A DNA stretch of 64,000 nt from Eledone cirrhosa (Eukaryota): contig OZ024740.1 in NCBI GenBank assembly GCA_964016885.1, positions 143,282,001 through 143,346,000 of the forward strand, read 5' to 3'. This document shows positions 61,950 to 64,000 of the stretch, piece by piece. Position numbers and translations under genes: made by a program. The first letter of the stretch is position 1, and each line of letters starts with the position of its first letter. The notes beneath the pieces were generated by a model. That model was given only the letters and a program-made list of their open reading frames with translations. It was not told where the DNA came from and did no database searches.

Positions 61950-64000
61950 GGGTTACCAACCATCCACACCATATCCCTTTCTTCATCCTAACTTAGACCC
62001 ATTTTAACGTCTCCCACTTGGAAACTGAAGTGAGGGTGAGAAATTTTACAACCATCTGCGTGGATCATGTTGGCAGAAGAAAAGAACAAAACTACCATTT
62101 CCTGCATGATTCTTTTATGGCTGATGAAAATAACATATTCTCCAATGGTTATTATGAATCAGTTTCTGTGCACAACAAAGCCAATGATTTGATTGTAGCT
62201 TGGGCTCTATAAGCCTCCCCAAACACCTCTACCGTGCTTCAAAGAATGCCCCAACAGCATTAGGTGTTTTATCCAACAGTGTGATTCTGGGAGATTTGAT
62301 AGGTGACTTCAATCTACCCTGTGTTGATTGGTCTACAAACAGTTGAAATCAGGTCCTTCTTCCTCAACCCCTAAGTAGTTTTTCCTGTCCTAACTTGTGC
62401 TTGCACCAACAAGATATCACAAAAACATTTTAGATTTAGTATTTAGTAACCACACTAAAACTATCTGCATTATTGCAGTAGTAAAAGCTCTCCTCTCAGA
62501 CCATGACATGGTACTTTGTAACTTGAGGTTCCACCAGCCAAAAGTTTAACCTGATGATTCTTTCCAGCCCACTTATGTAATAACATTGATCTTCATAATG
62601 TAAACTGGTCTTTCACACACAGCCACCAACATCAAAACATGAATGATGACCTTCATCAATAACCAACAGACTGAGTCATTGACAAAATTAAACTCAAATC
62701 CAAAATGTTCTTTCCATTTGCCAAAAATCACAAGACTGCTGTCACAACCATTGGGCTTCTGTTTGATGAAAATGGCACACTCCAAAAGAATGCTAAAAGC
62801 ATGGGTGAAATACTGCAGAAAAAATACTGCTCTGGGCTGTATCAGTGATATTAACCCCCTACACACCATATCTGACATAACATTTGCTGCCCCTGATATC
62901 TTAGTGACAATAAACAAAATTAAACACAACTCAACAATAGTCTCCGATAAGCTCCCTGCTACTGTCCTGAAGGTGTGTTGACACCAGCTTGCACCCCCTA
63001 TACCTAATGTATGGAAGAACTCGCTGGATGTAGCCTATTTCCCTGAAGATTTTGTATCCCAGTTTATCATCCCAGTTTTCAAAAAAGGATACAAGTTCTT
63101 TGCTGTAAATTACCATCTGATAAATAGCTCACTACCTTGAAAACAACACCCTACTGAACTCCAACTAGCATAGCAACATTTGAGTATGTGGAAAACTACT
63201 ATAGTGGATTAAGTGTTTCCTAACAGATCTCACTATGTTGTGATTGAAGGAACATGATCAAGCTCAACCAAAGTCTGAAGTAGTGTCCCACACGGCACTG
63301 TGTTGTGCCCACTTCTCTTCATTATTTATATCAATGACCCTTTTACGATCTGAGTTCAAATCCCGCCGAGGTTGACTTTGCCTTTCATCCTTACGGGGTC
63401 GATAAAATAAAGTACCAGTAATGCACTGGGTAATTGCTGGCCTTAGAAACAATTATTTATATCAATGACACAGTTGTCATCAAGTACAGCAAAATAAGAA
63501 TGTTCACAAATGATTCCAAGCTCCAGAAAGTCATTAACAGAGTGGGATACTGGGCATGCCTTCAATCAGATATGTTTGCTGTTATCCAATGTGTGAAAAA
63601 AAATAGTGTGCTACTAAACGAGGATAAATTTGAATTAATCCCCTTTAGAAAAGAGGATGCACTGAAGTTAACATATTATCTTCCCTCAGGTGAAATCCTC
63701 ATAGCATACAACACCAGAGACCTTGGTGTAAATGTTGATAGCAACTTAAGCTGGAATACTCACATAAACAACAATGTTGTCATGACCTGCGGGATGTGTT
63801 CCTGGATTCTCAGAATTTTCCATTCGAGAGATATCCATACCATCATCCTTCTCTTCTCTACTTTTGCCTGGCCCCACCTTAAATACTGTTGTCCATTGTG
63901 GTATCCTCACATGAAACAAAGTATTATGAAAATTGAAGTACCTCAAATGTAATTACAAAAGGAAAGATGGTTTGACTAGAAAAGCTCAAACTCTACTCTC
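61950..64000 (+). mobile_element. Heavily decayed CR1/L2-type LINE (APE and RT)
   Basis: GDFNLPCVDW, NILDLVFSN and SDH remnants; PLLFIIYIND, MFTNDSKL (FADD-equivalent), RDLGV, PHLKYCCPLWYP. Confidence 0.8.
63339..63451 (+). mobile_element. 5'-truncated SINE inserted in the CR1 RT, 18-bp TSD
   Basis: ATTATTTATATCAATGAC at 63321-63338 and 63452-63469. Confidence 0.9.

Overview
AT-rich, repeat-dense animal genomic DNA. The SINE and RTE repertoire suggests an octopod cephalopod (inference). Most of the window is decayed transposons: RTE, CRE-like, CR1/L2 and Penelope-like retroelements, one gypsy gag-pol relic, Helitrons, mariner/pogo fragments, MITEs and tRNA-type SINEs. Two things stand out that the ORF track does not show. 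(1) The 6.2-kb ~420-bp tandem array at 5046-11244 carries one minimal type I hammerhead ribozyme per unit (12 complete plus 1 truncated, 6 fully canonical). It flips orientation at 6270/6271 and contains a 1672-bp higher-order duplication, so it looks like a non-LTR retrozyme array. Related hammerheads sit in Penelope-like terminal repeats elsewhere in the window. (2) Six short, phase-compatible GT-AG exons between 25817 and 38160 splice into an intact 254-aa protein: signal peptide, two atypical Ig-like domains, Ser/Thr stalk and a GPI-type tail, with a possible alternative secreted 3' end. All calls were made by eye; transposon boundaries are approximate unless a target-site duplication (TSD) or terminal motif is quoted.
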